This document shows, in pieces, positions 1 through 8,075 of a stretch of DNA of 64,000 nucleotides. The DNA is taken from contig CBDCTJ010000003.1 in assembly GCA_965222115.1 (NCBI GenBank), forward strand, positions 480,001 through 544,000, given 5' to 3'. Under the pieces are notes generated by a model. That model worked only from the letters and a program-made list of their open reading frames with translations, made no database searches and was not told where the DNA came from. Made by a program: the position numbers and the translations under genes. Position 1 is the first letter of the stretch; each line of letters starts with the position of its first letter. Source of the stretch: Planctomycetota bacterium. GTDB lineage: Bacteria; Planctomycetota; PLA2; JAEUHO01.

Positions 1-1327
1 TGCGGCTCGGGCCAAGGGTGATGTCTTCAAGATCGACTTCGCGACCGTCCGTTGGCGGTGGCACCGCCTCCGCAAAGTACCGGGCGTGGCCGCGCGCGAA
101 TACCGTCAAGCTGTGCGTCATCTCTCGACGTAAGCTTGAGATTGTAAATCGCCCCGCCGCGTCGGTAACCGTGCTGCCCATGGAGCTGACACTGCTCTGG
201 TATCCGATCGCGCTGACCTGAGCCTTTCCAATCGGATTGCCGTCCGCATCGACGACGCGCCCTACAAAGCGATGCCCGGGTACGAGTTTGAAGTCGAGCG
301 TCTCGTGCTGCTCGACGTCAATCTGGGCGCGGCCATAGCCTTCCGCCAGGACGTGAACATCCGTGACACCTTTGCCGGTCCATCCATGGAGCACGAAGCG
401 CCCGTCCGCATCCGTCTTGGTCCGCGGAGTCAGAACCCAGTTCATGCCGACGTGCGCTCCCTCGACTGCTTTGCCTGTCGTGGCATCGGTCACACGACCG
501 CGGAGGGTTCGGCCCTTTGGCAAGGTTAAGTCGTGAGTCGTCGTCCCAGATTTCTCCATCGAGATGGTAATCCAACTGGGGTTGCCCCAGCCTTCGCGCT
601 GAGGACGTGGGTCGAGGAAGATCCTTGGCATGGGCGGTATGTCGTCAAACACACATACCCCGGCCTCATTGGTTGTTCCCACGCGTCGGAATGACGTATC
701 GCGACGGCCGCGGCGAAACACGTGTAGCAACAGGCCCGCTGCCGGCTTGCCCTCCGGCGTCTTGACGTTGACAACAAGAACCCGAGGTTTTTGCATGACG
801 ATGCGCGCGCGCTCACCGGACAGGCGCAAGGTGTATTCGGTCGTCGCCAATCCATCGGCCGAGACACGAAGATTTACGTGCTCGCCCTTTCGAAGCCGAA
901 TCAAGAACGTCCCGTCAACCGCACTGCGAGTCGCGAGCCCTGCATGCGATTCGCCGTAGAGACCCCGTCTAGTCAATAGACCATCGTGACGCCAGGGGTA
1001 GTGGAGTACTTGCAGCGCCGCACCCGCAACCGGCGAACCATCTTCACGAACAACCACGCCATGCAGATCGCGCTCACGATCTGCTTTGCTGAGGTCTACG
1101 GGAGCAGGAAGCGCGGGAGCCTCTTCAACGTCTGTGGAGCCGCCGCCCTTGAGACCGACATGGTCCTTGGCGTTCTGCTCTACCGTGAGCGACGCGTTTG
1201 GCGTCCCCACATTGTTGGACTCGGCATTCGCGTCGCTAGGTGAATTATCACCCCGCCATCCGTAGTTCCAGACGAGCGCGACAATGACGAGTAGCGCCAG
1301 AACGATCAACCAGCGTCGTGTCTGCAT
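1..1327 (-). CDS. Membrane-anchored carboxypeptidase-regulatory-like (CarboxypepD_reg-type) repeat protein, partial (runs off window start)
   Basis: Not in ORF track. Manual translation of both ends: GGGGAG RBS, ATG at 1327, MQTRRWLIVLALLVIVALVW (TM); in the same frame near the window start FVGRVVDADGNPIGKAQV..TVTDAAGRFTISSL. Confidence 0.8.
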   Translation of the reverse strand, partial: MQTRRWLIVLALLVIVALVWNYGWRGDNSPSDANAESNNVGTPNASLTVEQNAKDHVGLKGGGSTDVEEAPALPAPVDLSKADRERDLHGVVVREDGSPVAGAALQVLHYPWRHDGLLTRRGLYGESHAGLATRSAVDGTFLIRLRKGEHVNLRVSADGLATTEYTLRLSGERARIVMQKPRVLVVNVKTPEGKPAAGLLLHVFRRGRRDTSFRRVGTTNEAGVCVFDDIPPMPRIFLDPRPQREGWGNPSWITISMEKSGTTTHDLTLPKGRTLRGRVTDATTGKAVEGAHVGMNWVLTPRTKTDADGRFVLHGWTGKGVTDVHVLAEGYGRAQIDVEQHETLDFKLVPGHRFVGRVVDADGNPIGKAQVSAIGYQSSVSSMGSTVTDAAGRFTISSLRREMTHSLTVFARGHARYFAEAVPPPTDGREVDLEDITLGPSR

Positions 1328-1387
1328 ATGTACTCCCCGCAGTGTTGAACGCGCACATCATAGCAAGGCTCGATTTAAGATACCGAG

Positions 1388-1891
1388 TTACATTCTGAAA
1401 TCTGTGTCCATGGCTCCGGATGGTAGAACCTTCTCGTATGGATAGCAGCGCGTGACGCCAAATCCGGGCGTGGCCTCGCATGTTGCGACGTATCCATGAC
1501 GCTCATAGAACGTCCTGGCGCAGACTGTGCTGTTGAGCGTGATTCGTTTTGTTCCCCAACGTGCCGCTTGCGTTTCCAGAGCAGCCAACATTTGGGCTCC
1601 AACGCCGCGGGATTCCTGTCCGGGCAGCACGTAACACAGCGTAATGGTGCCGCTTCGCCCGATCGATCCAACACCCACAATCTCGTCATGCAACTCGGCC
1701 ACGATCATGAAGGTCTCATTGCTGGCGATCCACTCTCCGACGCGTCGGGCCGTCTTGTTGGATAGCCACTGTGCCAACGTGTCGGGATCGTGCTGATGGT
1801 CGGCAGTGCAAAGTTCTTGAATGGAACGTCGAAGGACGTGGGCAGCCACGGGAGCATCGGAAGCCAGAGCGGGACGAACGGTTACGGACAT
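1388..1891 (-). CDS. GNAT family N-acetyltransferase
   Basis: MSVTVRPA..., motif A YVLPGQESRGVGAQML, motif B ARTFYERHGY; start trimmed to ATG 1891. Confidence 0.9.
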   Translation of the reverse strand: MSVTVRPALASDAPVAAHVLRRSIQELCTADHQHDPDTLAQWLSNKTARRVGEWIASNETFMIVAELHDEIVGVGSIGRSGTITLCYVLPGQESRGVGAQMLAALETQAARWGTKRITLNSTVCARTFYERHGYVATCEATPGFGVTRCYPYEKVLPSGAMDTDFRM

Positions 1892-2036
1892 GGTGTCGCG
1901 CCACTCTACTGGCACACCGCGCCGTCGTCGCGATCCTCGCTCTCCGCGCCAGCGTCGGGCTTGCAGCAGGCGGGATGCGGGGAAGGCCTCCGCTACGCGC
2001 AGAATCTGGTGCGGTGCAGCGTGTGATCCTCCCGCG

Positions 2037-2357
2037 ATGCTCACTGACCCCGATCCCGATGTGCAAGCGCTTCTGTCGGCCGGGCGCAATGCGGAAGCGC
2101 GCAAAGAGAGGCTCGGAGAGCTCCTCTTTCAGTACCGCGCACGGCTTTTGCGGGTGGTCGAGCTGCGGATGGATCCCGTATTGCGCGCTAGGCTCGGAGC
2201 ATCGGACGTGGTGCAAGATGCGTATGTAGAAATCGCCCGCCGTGTCGATCGCTACCTCAAGGCGCCCACCATGCCCTTTTTCTTGTGGGCGCGCTTCATC
2301 ACCGTTCAGCGAATCCTGAAGGCGCATCGCTTTCATGTGAGTGCCCAGCAACGAGAC
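2037..2357 (+). pseudogene. Truncated planctomycete-type ECF sigma factor (region 2 only), interrupted by repeat element E1
   Basis: RLLRVVELRMDPVLRARLGASDVVQDAY..PFFLWARFIT..AHRFHV.AQQRD; then frame runs into E1 and stops at 2420; no region 4 seen. Confidence 0.8.
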
Positions 2358-2680
2358 ACGGTGTACGGGCAAAATCCACACTTTTCTTGTCCTTATGGAG
2401 TGCGATGCGCACTCCTCTAGCGACGTGTAGATCATCGATGGAGCGTTCGTGTGAGACCGAAGCACCGGTGGGGTATCGAACTTTTGAGAACTCTTTGCGG
2501 TCGGCATGATGCATAGCTGATCGCAGCGGCAACGGACGCAAACACTGTGGACTGCACACAACAAGTATCATTGCCGATATGTGTGAATTTGCTTCTGACG
2601 CTGTACTCCTGCACACGGCATTCGCGCTGTTGACTGAACGCTGCCCTACGAAAGGTGTGGATTTTGTCCGTACACCGTAT
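2358..2680. repeat. Repeat element E1 (MITE/REPIN-like, terminal inverted repeats)
   Basis: ACGGTGTACGGGCAAAATCCACACTTTTC (2358-2386) vs reverse complement of 2650-2678, 27/29 identical; interior homologous to E2. Confidence 0.9.
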
Positions 2681-2743
2681 GCCCTGGGACTCCTGCAACA
2701 GCGGATGGCAGGCTGGCGGCCATCGTTCGGAGGACTTGAGTGA
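2681..2743 (+). pseudogene. Probable 3' tail of a NitT/TauT-type ABC permease
   Basis: ALGLLQQRMAGWRPSFGGLE* resembles the permease C-terminus (cf. IFGWIERRLVPW in 16145..17017); TGA overlaps the ATPase GTG start (GTGA). Confidence 0.45.
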
Positions 2744-3528
2744 CGACTGCACAGCTCGAAGTTGAACGAGCCCATTTCGTTGTGCGATCAAAGGCCTTCG
2801 GCGATCAGGTCGTGCTTCGAGCGGTGGACGCTACCGTGCGTCGGGGCGAGATTCTGGAAATCCTTGGCCCAAGCGGCATCGGCAAGACAACGCTGCTGCG
2901 GATAGTCGGCGGGCTGGACACGGACTACGACGGAGAGGTGGTGATCGCAGGCAGCGAGCTGACGGGCCCCTCAAGAAACGTCGCGTTTGTGTACCAAGAT
3001 CCGGCACTGTTGCCATGGAAGACAATCCACTCGAATCTGCGCTTCGCCCAGAGCCACGAGCTATCTCACAGTGAATCTGCGGCCCAGATAGAGCACGCCC
3101 TGGAGCTTGTAAACCTGGATCCTGAGACTGTCTCTCTGAAGCGGCCGAGTCAAGTGTCTCGCGGGATGGCCAAGCGAGTAGCGATTGCGCGTAGTATCGT
3201 GCAAGGTGCCCACACAATCTTGATGGATGAACCGCTGGCGGATGTTGATCAGTTCACGAGAGAAGCGATACAGGAAACGATTGTCCGCCTTCCCGTAGCG
3301 CGAAAGACGGAGCCCAGCATTCTCTTCGTCACCCATGACGTCAGAGAAGCCGTATTCATGGCTGATCGGCTCCTGCTTCTCTCCCCTGAGCGCCCGGCTA
3401 CGGCAGACAGGATCATCGAGGTCGGTGTTGCGCGGCCCCGCGACCGACTTGACAGACGACTCCTTGAACTCGAAGCAGAGATCGATGAACACTATCGCTC
3501 GGCGTGTGAGACTGGACGGACGGACTGA
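2740..3528 (+). CDS. NitT/TauT/SsuB-family ABC ATP-binding protein (orphan)
   Basis: Walker A GPSGIGKT, Q-loop YQDPALLPW, signature variant VSRGM, Walker B ILMDEP, FVTHD. Confidence 0.9.
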   Translation: MTTAQLEVERAHFVVRSKAFGDQVVLRAVDATVRRGEILEILGPSGIGKTTLLRIVGGLDTDYDGEVVIAGSELTGPSRNVAFVYQDPALLPWKTIHSNLRFAQSHELSHSESAAQIEHALELVNLDPETVSLKRPSQVSRGMAKRVAIARSIVQGAHTILMDEPLADVDQFTREAIQETIVRLPVARKTEPSILFVTHDVREAVFMADRLLLLSPERPATADRIIEVGVARPRDRLDRRLLELEAEIDEHYRSACETGRTD

Positions 3529-3579
3529 CAAGTAGCCGGCGAGCCTCCGGGCTGGCCCAATGCCGTTTCGCGATGGTCG

Positions 3580-4689
3580 CTACGCCTCCGGCAGGACCGT
3601 CAGTAGCAGAGCAGCCATTCGTACATGGAGGACCCGGGCTTCTTCGGCTGTCAGTTCAGACGGGACTCGGTGAACCGATTCGTCGAACAGCTTCAAGAAC
3701 GGACCCACAGCGTCGACGTCCGTGGCGACGTACTTCTGCATGGAGGCCGTTTCTTGCCTGGCAATGAAGCGAATCCTGGCCTTGCGCGTTGGCTTGCCAT
3801 TGCTGAAGTCCTTCGGGTCCGTCGACCAATCCTGAACCTTGTCATCCGGGGAGAGGGTGTGCAGCACGTATCGGAAGAGCTCGCGCAACGAGGCGCCAAC
3901 ATGGCGTGCGACATCCGGCCCGCCCGCGCTCAATGCGGCGGAGGCGCCCTCCCAAAGGCTGACGCACTCCGGATCGAGCGCTGTGAGTCGGTCCACGAGC
4001 ACCACCTCCGTCTGGTCGAGAACGAGCGTGGTCTGCGCTTCGGCATCCTCTTCGAGCTCGGGCTCGCGGTCTTCGCGGGGGAGCGTTACGACTTCGGCAA
4101 GCCGCGAAGCCACAAATCGCTCACGTGCAACGGTCGCGGCTGTCTGCAGCCGCACGTGCGTCTCAAGCGATGCTGCCCCAAGCTCCGCGAGTACGTCCGA
4201 CTCTGCAGCCCAGAGACGACCGAGTTTCGCGTCGATCTGTGTGGCGGCAGCCCAGTCTGACGGGACCAGGCCGCCAATCTTCAGCCCGGCCATCTGATCC
4301 GCGAGGCGAGAAGAGATCGACAGTGACTGCTCGAACGCAGCCAGAACTTTCGCAGACTCCGCCAACGTTGAGGCGTACCCCGGCAGCTTCGGGGTCGTTG
4401 CCTTGGCCAAGGCGTCTAGCTGGCGCTGGGATGCGTTCTGGATCTCCTGGAACTGCTGGCTGACGCGAGTCACGGAACTTGCGACCTCAATCGCCTTGAG
4501 ATTCGGAGCTGACAGCTGCTCCAAGCGCCGGGTCTGCTGGGCGATCTGCTCCACAACGTGCATTGCGCTGGCTGACTTTGCCATCTCCTGCATCGTCGTG
4601 CCAAGAAGGCGGGAGTTCTCGATCATCCTGACAAAGGCCTCGGTGGCGCGCATGTGCGCCATCAGGGCTGAACTGTCGTGCTTAGCCAC
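3580..4689 (-). CDS. Helical N-terminus plus predicted pPIWI-associating nuclease-like domain (pP_pnuc_1-like)
   Basis: C-terminal LWEGASAALSAGGPDVARHVGASLRELFRYVLHTLSPD..GKPTRKARIRFI..SVH pattern; GTG 4689 preceded by GGAG. Confidence 0.65.
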   Translation of the reverse strand: MAKHDSSALMAHMRATEAFVRMIENSRLLGTTMQEMAKSASAMHVVEQIAQQTRRLEQLSAPNLKAIEVASSVTRVSQQFQEIQNASQRQLDALAKATTPKLPGYASTLAESAKVLAAFEQSLSISSRLADQMAGLKIGGLVPSDWAAATQIDAKLGRLWAAESDVLAELGAASLETHVRLQTAATVARERFVASRLAEVVTLPREDREPELEEDAEAQTTLVLDQTEVVLVDRLTALDPECVSLWEGASAALSAGGPDVARHVGASLRELFRYVLHTLSPDDKVQDWSTDPKDFSNGKPTRKARIRFIARQETASMQKYVATDVDAVGPFLKLFDESVHRVPSELTAEEARVLHVRMAALLLTVLPEA

Positions 4690-4764
4690 GGTCTCACTCC
4701 CGGTCCTTGTGCGCCCCCGCACCGGATCATACCGGACGAAATACGGAGATGGGATGAAAAGGCC

Positions 4765-4842
4765 GGTAGCTCCTCTGTCGCGCAGTCACGGTAAACCGTG
4801 CTGCAAACAATAAACGGGCTCTACGGCCCAGGAGGAGCTACC
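4765..4842 (+). promoter_or_regulatory. Inverted repeat able to sequester the transposase RBS
   Basis: GGTAGCTCCT (4765-4774) is the perfect complement of AGGAGCTACC (4833-4842), which overlaps the GGAGG RBS before ATG 4846. Confidence 0.6.
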
Positions 4843-4845
4843 AGC

Positions 4846-5895
4846 ATGCATAAGCGTATCACCGAAACGATTGGCATCGACTTAGGCGACCGATTCTCTT
4901 GGTATTGTGTCTTAGATCAAGACACGGGGGTTCAGAAGGAAGAAGGCGAGATAGCGACAACGCGCGAATCGTTTCACGAGTTTCTCTCGAAGCACCGAAC
5001 CGCTCGAGTTGTGATGGAGGCGGGAACGCATTCGCCTTGGGCGAGTCGGGTCGTCGAAGGTCGATGTGCTCAGTCGCTAGTCGCGAATCCGCGAGAGCTA
5101 AGCTTTATTTACAGGAACGCTCGCAAGTCCGATCGAACGGATGCCAAGAAGTTGGCTGAAATCGGTCGCTTCGATCCCCAACTACTTGCCCCAATTCGGC
5201 ATCGACCGGAGTCCGCACAACGAGACCTTGCGCTGATTCGTGCACGAGCCGCGCTTGTGTCGTCACGAACCAAGTTGGTGAACTCGCTACGAGGTGTCAT
5301 TAAGAGCATGGGCGGGCGGTTGCGTAAGCAGGCATCAAAATGCATCGGATCGAAGACGCGGGCCGAGATTCCGGAGGAGCTCTGCGATGTGCTCAATCCC
5401 ATTCTCAGTGCAATCGAGCGAATCACTGAGTTGGTAAAGATCTACGACGCAAAGATCGATGAGTTGGCGAAGGAGCGATATCCAGATACACAGTTGCTCA
5501 CTCAGATTCCAGGCGTGGGCAATCTCACGGCACTCGCATTCATGTTGACCGTTCAAGATTGGGCGCGGTTTGAAGACCGCCGAGATGTCGGGGCGTTTCT
5601 CGGGATGGTTCCACGGCGTGATCAATCCGGCCAAATGGACAAGCAGCTACGCATAACGAAGGCTGGGGACCGTATGGTTCGGTCGTTGCTCGTTCAGTGC
5701 GCGCATCACATCCTCGGGCGACTGGGCCCGCCATGCGATCTAAAGTCCCACGGTGAGCGGATCATTGCGCGTGGAGGCGCAGTTGCGAAACGCAAGGCAG
5801 TCATCGCCGTGGCACGCAAGCTCTCCGTGCTCATGCTTGCGCTGTGGCGAACAGGCGAAGAGTACATACCGGTTCGATGCCCAGTGGCTGCCTGA
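4846..5895 (+). CDS. IS110 family transposase/recombinase
   Basis: DEDD RuvC-like motifs GIDLG, VVMEAG, KSDRTDA; IPGVG; catalytic-Ser motif RRDQSG; AVARKL. Confidence 0.97.
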   Translation: MHKRITETIGIDLGDRFSWYCVLDQDTGVQKEEGEIATTRESFHEFLSKHRTARVVMEAGTHSPWASRVVEGRCAQSLVANPRELSFIYRNARKSDRTDAKKLAEIGRFDPQLLAPIRHRPESAQRDLALIRARAALVSSRTKLVNSLRGVIKSMGGRLRKQASKCIGSKTRAEIPEELCDVLNPILSAIERITELVKIYDAKIDELAKERYPDTQLLTQIPGVGNLTALAFMLTVQDWARFEDRRDVGAFLGMVPRRDQSGQMDKQLRITKAGDRMVRSLLVQCAHHILGRLGPPCDLKSHGERIIARGGAVAKRKAVIAVARKLSVLMLALWRTGEEYIPVRCPVAA

Positions 5896-6264
5896 ACCTC
5901 GCGCAACAGCTTTAGGCAAGCATTAGAAAGGTCAGTTTCCACGTACCCCAATTCGAGTCCGGGTGACTGCGGTGCCCTGACCGACGTATAGCGACGTCGC
6001 TACTGAGTATGCAGCACCCAGACTCGTTCTCGGACCCCACCTTGCACCGGGTCGCATCAACTTCGATCCAACACGAGTGCGCATAGAAGCCTGAATGGGA
6101 CGTGTTTTCTGGCGCCAGTGACGATGGCTGGCAATTTGATTCGCTCCGATCCGCTGCCAGAAAGGCAAGGGCGATAAGGGTAAGTTGCGTACTCAAGGGG
6201 CCGAACTACACATGCACAACGCGGTAAATGCGCTCGCCGACGCGGCTTCGCACTTGACATGCCA
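5896..6264 (+). ncRNA. Candidate bridge RNA/seekRNA region of the IS1111-group element
   Basis: About 370 nt non-coding; hairpins CGACGT/ACGTCG (5982-5999) and ACTCGT/ACGAGT; CATAGAAG (6082-6089) equals the element right terminus (6273-6280); boundaries uncertain. Confidence 0.6.
6254..6259 (+). promoter_or_regulatory. Outward-facing -35 box (junction promoter on circularisation)
   Basis: Perfect TTGACA just inside the right IR; 17 nt later the circle junction would read GAAGAT (weak -10). Confidence 0.5.
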
Positions 6265-6280
6265 GGCCTTTTCATAGAAG

Positions 6281-6689
6281 TACGGGAAAAATCCACACTT
6301 TTCTTGTCCTTTAGGTGCGCCATGCACGCTCCTCTAGCGACGTGCAGTTCATCGATGAATTGTTCGGTCGAGATAGACGTCGCAGATGGGGCACCAAACT
6401 CTCAAGCTCTCTTTGCGCTGGGCAAGCCAGTCGAATTCGATCGCCAGCATGCCTCATGGTCATTGCAATGATCCTACTTCGTCACGTCGACATAGTCACT
6501 CGGCACGATCGGAATGACGCATAGCAGATCGCAGCGGCAACGGACGCAAACACTGTAGACTGTACACAACAAGTATCGTTGCCAATAAGTGTGAATTTGC
6601 TTCTGACGCTGTTCTCCTGCACGCAGCATTCGCGCTGTTGACTGAGCGCTGCCCTACGACAAGTGTGGATTTTTCCCGTACACCGTATT
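6281..6689. repeat. Repeat element E2; its first bases (AATACGG, 4740-4746) are displaced by the IS
   Basis: Reconstituted left end AATACGGAGTACGGGAAAAATCCACACTT vs reverse complement of 6661-6689, 28/29 identical; long left and right blocks shared with E1. Confidence 0.9.
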
Positions 6690-6726
6690 CTTGCGGAACG
6701 CGGTGCGGCGCTAGGCCACGGAGTGG

Positions 6727-7947
6727 TCAGCAGGCGATCTCCGAGACGGTCAGATTGCCTTTACCGTCACGGCAGAAGATCGTGGTGTCTCCGTCCGTGG
6801 AGACCACAAGGCCGAAAGAGTCCGAAACGCGGCTTGTCGCACATGCGATCGACTTGTGTCTCGTCCCCTTCTTGCGCGACTCCAAGAACTCCCGGACCCC
6901 AGGCGGTAGGTCGGGGTATGCATCCTCCGCAAGCAGCTTGCTGCCGACACCCAGGGGACGGAGCATGGGTCCGAGAACCACTGCCCCGTCGATGCGCGTC
7001 GCGTGGCAGAGACGCACGACCTCGTCGTCAGCCATTCGCGCCGACGTCAGCATGTGCTGGGTGTACGGATGCTTCAGTGCTGGCGGCGGCGCCGGAGGAT
7101 CGGCGGGGTCGATAGCACGGCACGCGAGCGACTCCTGCAACCCCCCCGACCAGTCATCGCCGGCCGACTTCAAGGCGTTTGCCTGGTCTACACACTTCAG
7201 TTCGTCGAGCGACGCGGCGCAGGTGACCAGTACCCCGGCGCCGCCGCCGAGTCTCCTTGCCGACCGCGCTAACTTGAGCAGGGACTGTCCCAAGCCATGA
7301 GCGATGCCAAGCAGCAACGGTGCGTCGGCACGCACGACCCAGTCGGCCTGTTCTTCCGCAGTGAACAGACTCCTATGCAGGTCGCCGGCGCGGAGTTGAA
7401 CATCCCAGCTGGAAATCAGCAGGTATGCGGGCGGGATCACCGTCCCCACTTCGATTAAGGTGGCTGGGCGTCGGCACGCCGTCTTCAGGAAGACAGCTTC
7501 ACCGTCGGCGTTCTTGACATACAGCTCCGCGACGTCCCGCAGCTCTACGACACAGCCCGCTCCCCACTCGAAGGCATGGCCACTCACGAAGTTCGCAACT
7601 TGACGGGAGACGATGCCACGGACACGAAGCCCATCGTTGCTCCCTTCGATGACGAATGCCGTCTCCCACGGATCGAAAGCCGAGCCGACTTTGCGAAGCC
7701 AGTCCACTGAAACGGAGGGCTTCTGCGAGAACTCGACGAGCAAGTTCAGTGTGGCGTCGGCGGGAAGCAGGAGAAACGACCCGCACGGCACGCGCCCCTC
7801 TTCCCGGTAGAGCCCGGTCTCGTAGAGCAGATCAAGCAACTCGGTCGTCGCGGGAGGCCACGGCAAGCGGTCACTTTCAGCGAGATGCTCTTGCGCCGCG
7901 TCGAGTAGTGACGACGCGTCAAAGCGCCGATAGCCTGCAGTAGCCAT
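6727..7947 (-). CDS. Diadenylate cyclase (DisA_N/DAC) domain protein with N-terminal DACNV-like sensor domain
   Basis: RIDGAVVL (DGA), GTRHKS (RHR-like), VVSTDG; N-terminal ETGLYREEGR; GGGAGG RBS; no TM helices evident. Confidence 0.8.
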   Translation of the reverse strand: MATAGYRRFDASSLLDAAQEHLAESDRLPWPPATTELLDLLYETGLYREEGRVPCGSFLLLPADATLNLLVEFSQKPSVSVDWLRKVGSAFDPWETAFVIEGSNDGLRVRGIVSRQVANFVSGHAFEWGAGCVVELRDVAELYVKNADGEAVFLKTACRRPATLIEVGTVIPPAYLLISSWDVQLRAGDLHRSLFTAEEQADWVVRADAPLLLGIAHGLGQSLLKLARSARRLGGGAGVLVTCAASLDELKCVDQANALKSAGDDWSGGLQESLACRAIDPADPPAPPPALKHPYTQHMLTSARMADDEVVRLCHATRIDGAVVLGPMLRPLGVGSKLLAEDAYPDLPPGVREFLESRKKGTRHKSIACATSRVSDSFGLVVSTDGDTTIFCRDGKGNLTVSEIAC

Positions 7948-7995
7948 GTGCCTCCCCGATCGAGCCTAGCACGCGGTCAATTGCCTCGCAGTACA

Positions 7996-8029
7996 TAATA
8001 CCGTAATACCGTGCCGTAATACCGTGCCG
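7996..8029. repeat. Short direct repeats, TAATACCG x3, upstream of the DAC gene
   Basis: TAATACCG at 7996, 8004 and 8017; TAATACCGTGCCG twice in tandem. Confidence 0.7.
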
Positions 8030-8075
8030 CGTTTCTTCCCACCAAGTAAGTGACTCTAGACCTATGCGCATTCAG

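Larger units (their letters stand above)
4747..6280 (+). mobile_element. IS110 family, IS1111-group insertion sequence
   Basis: Sub-terminal IRs ATGAAAAGGCC (4754-4764) and GGCCTTTTCAT (6265-6275); AG at both junctions; long 3' non-coding region; removal restores a repeat end. Confidence 0.9.

Noticed and set aside
2362-2674. TGT...ACA ends suggesting a Tn7/Mu-like mini-element
   Set aside because: Symmetry extends outside TGT/ACA, there is no 5-bp TSD (CACGG vs CCGTA) and no tandem internal transposase-binding sites.
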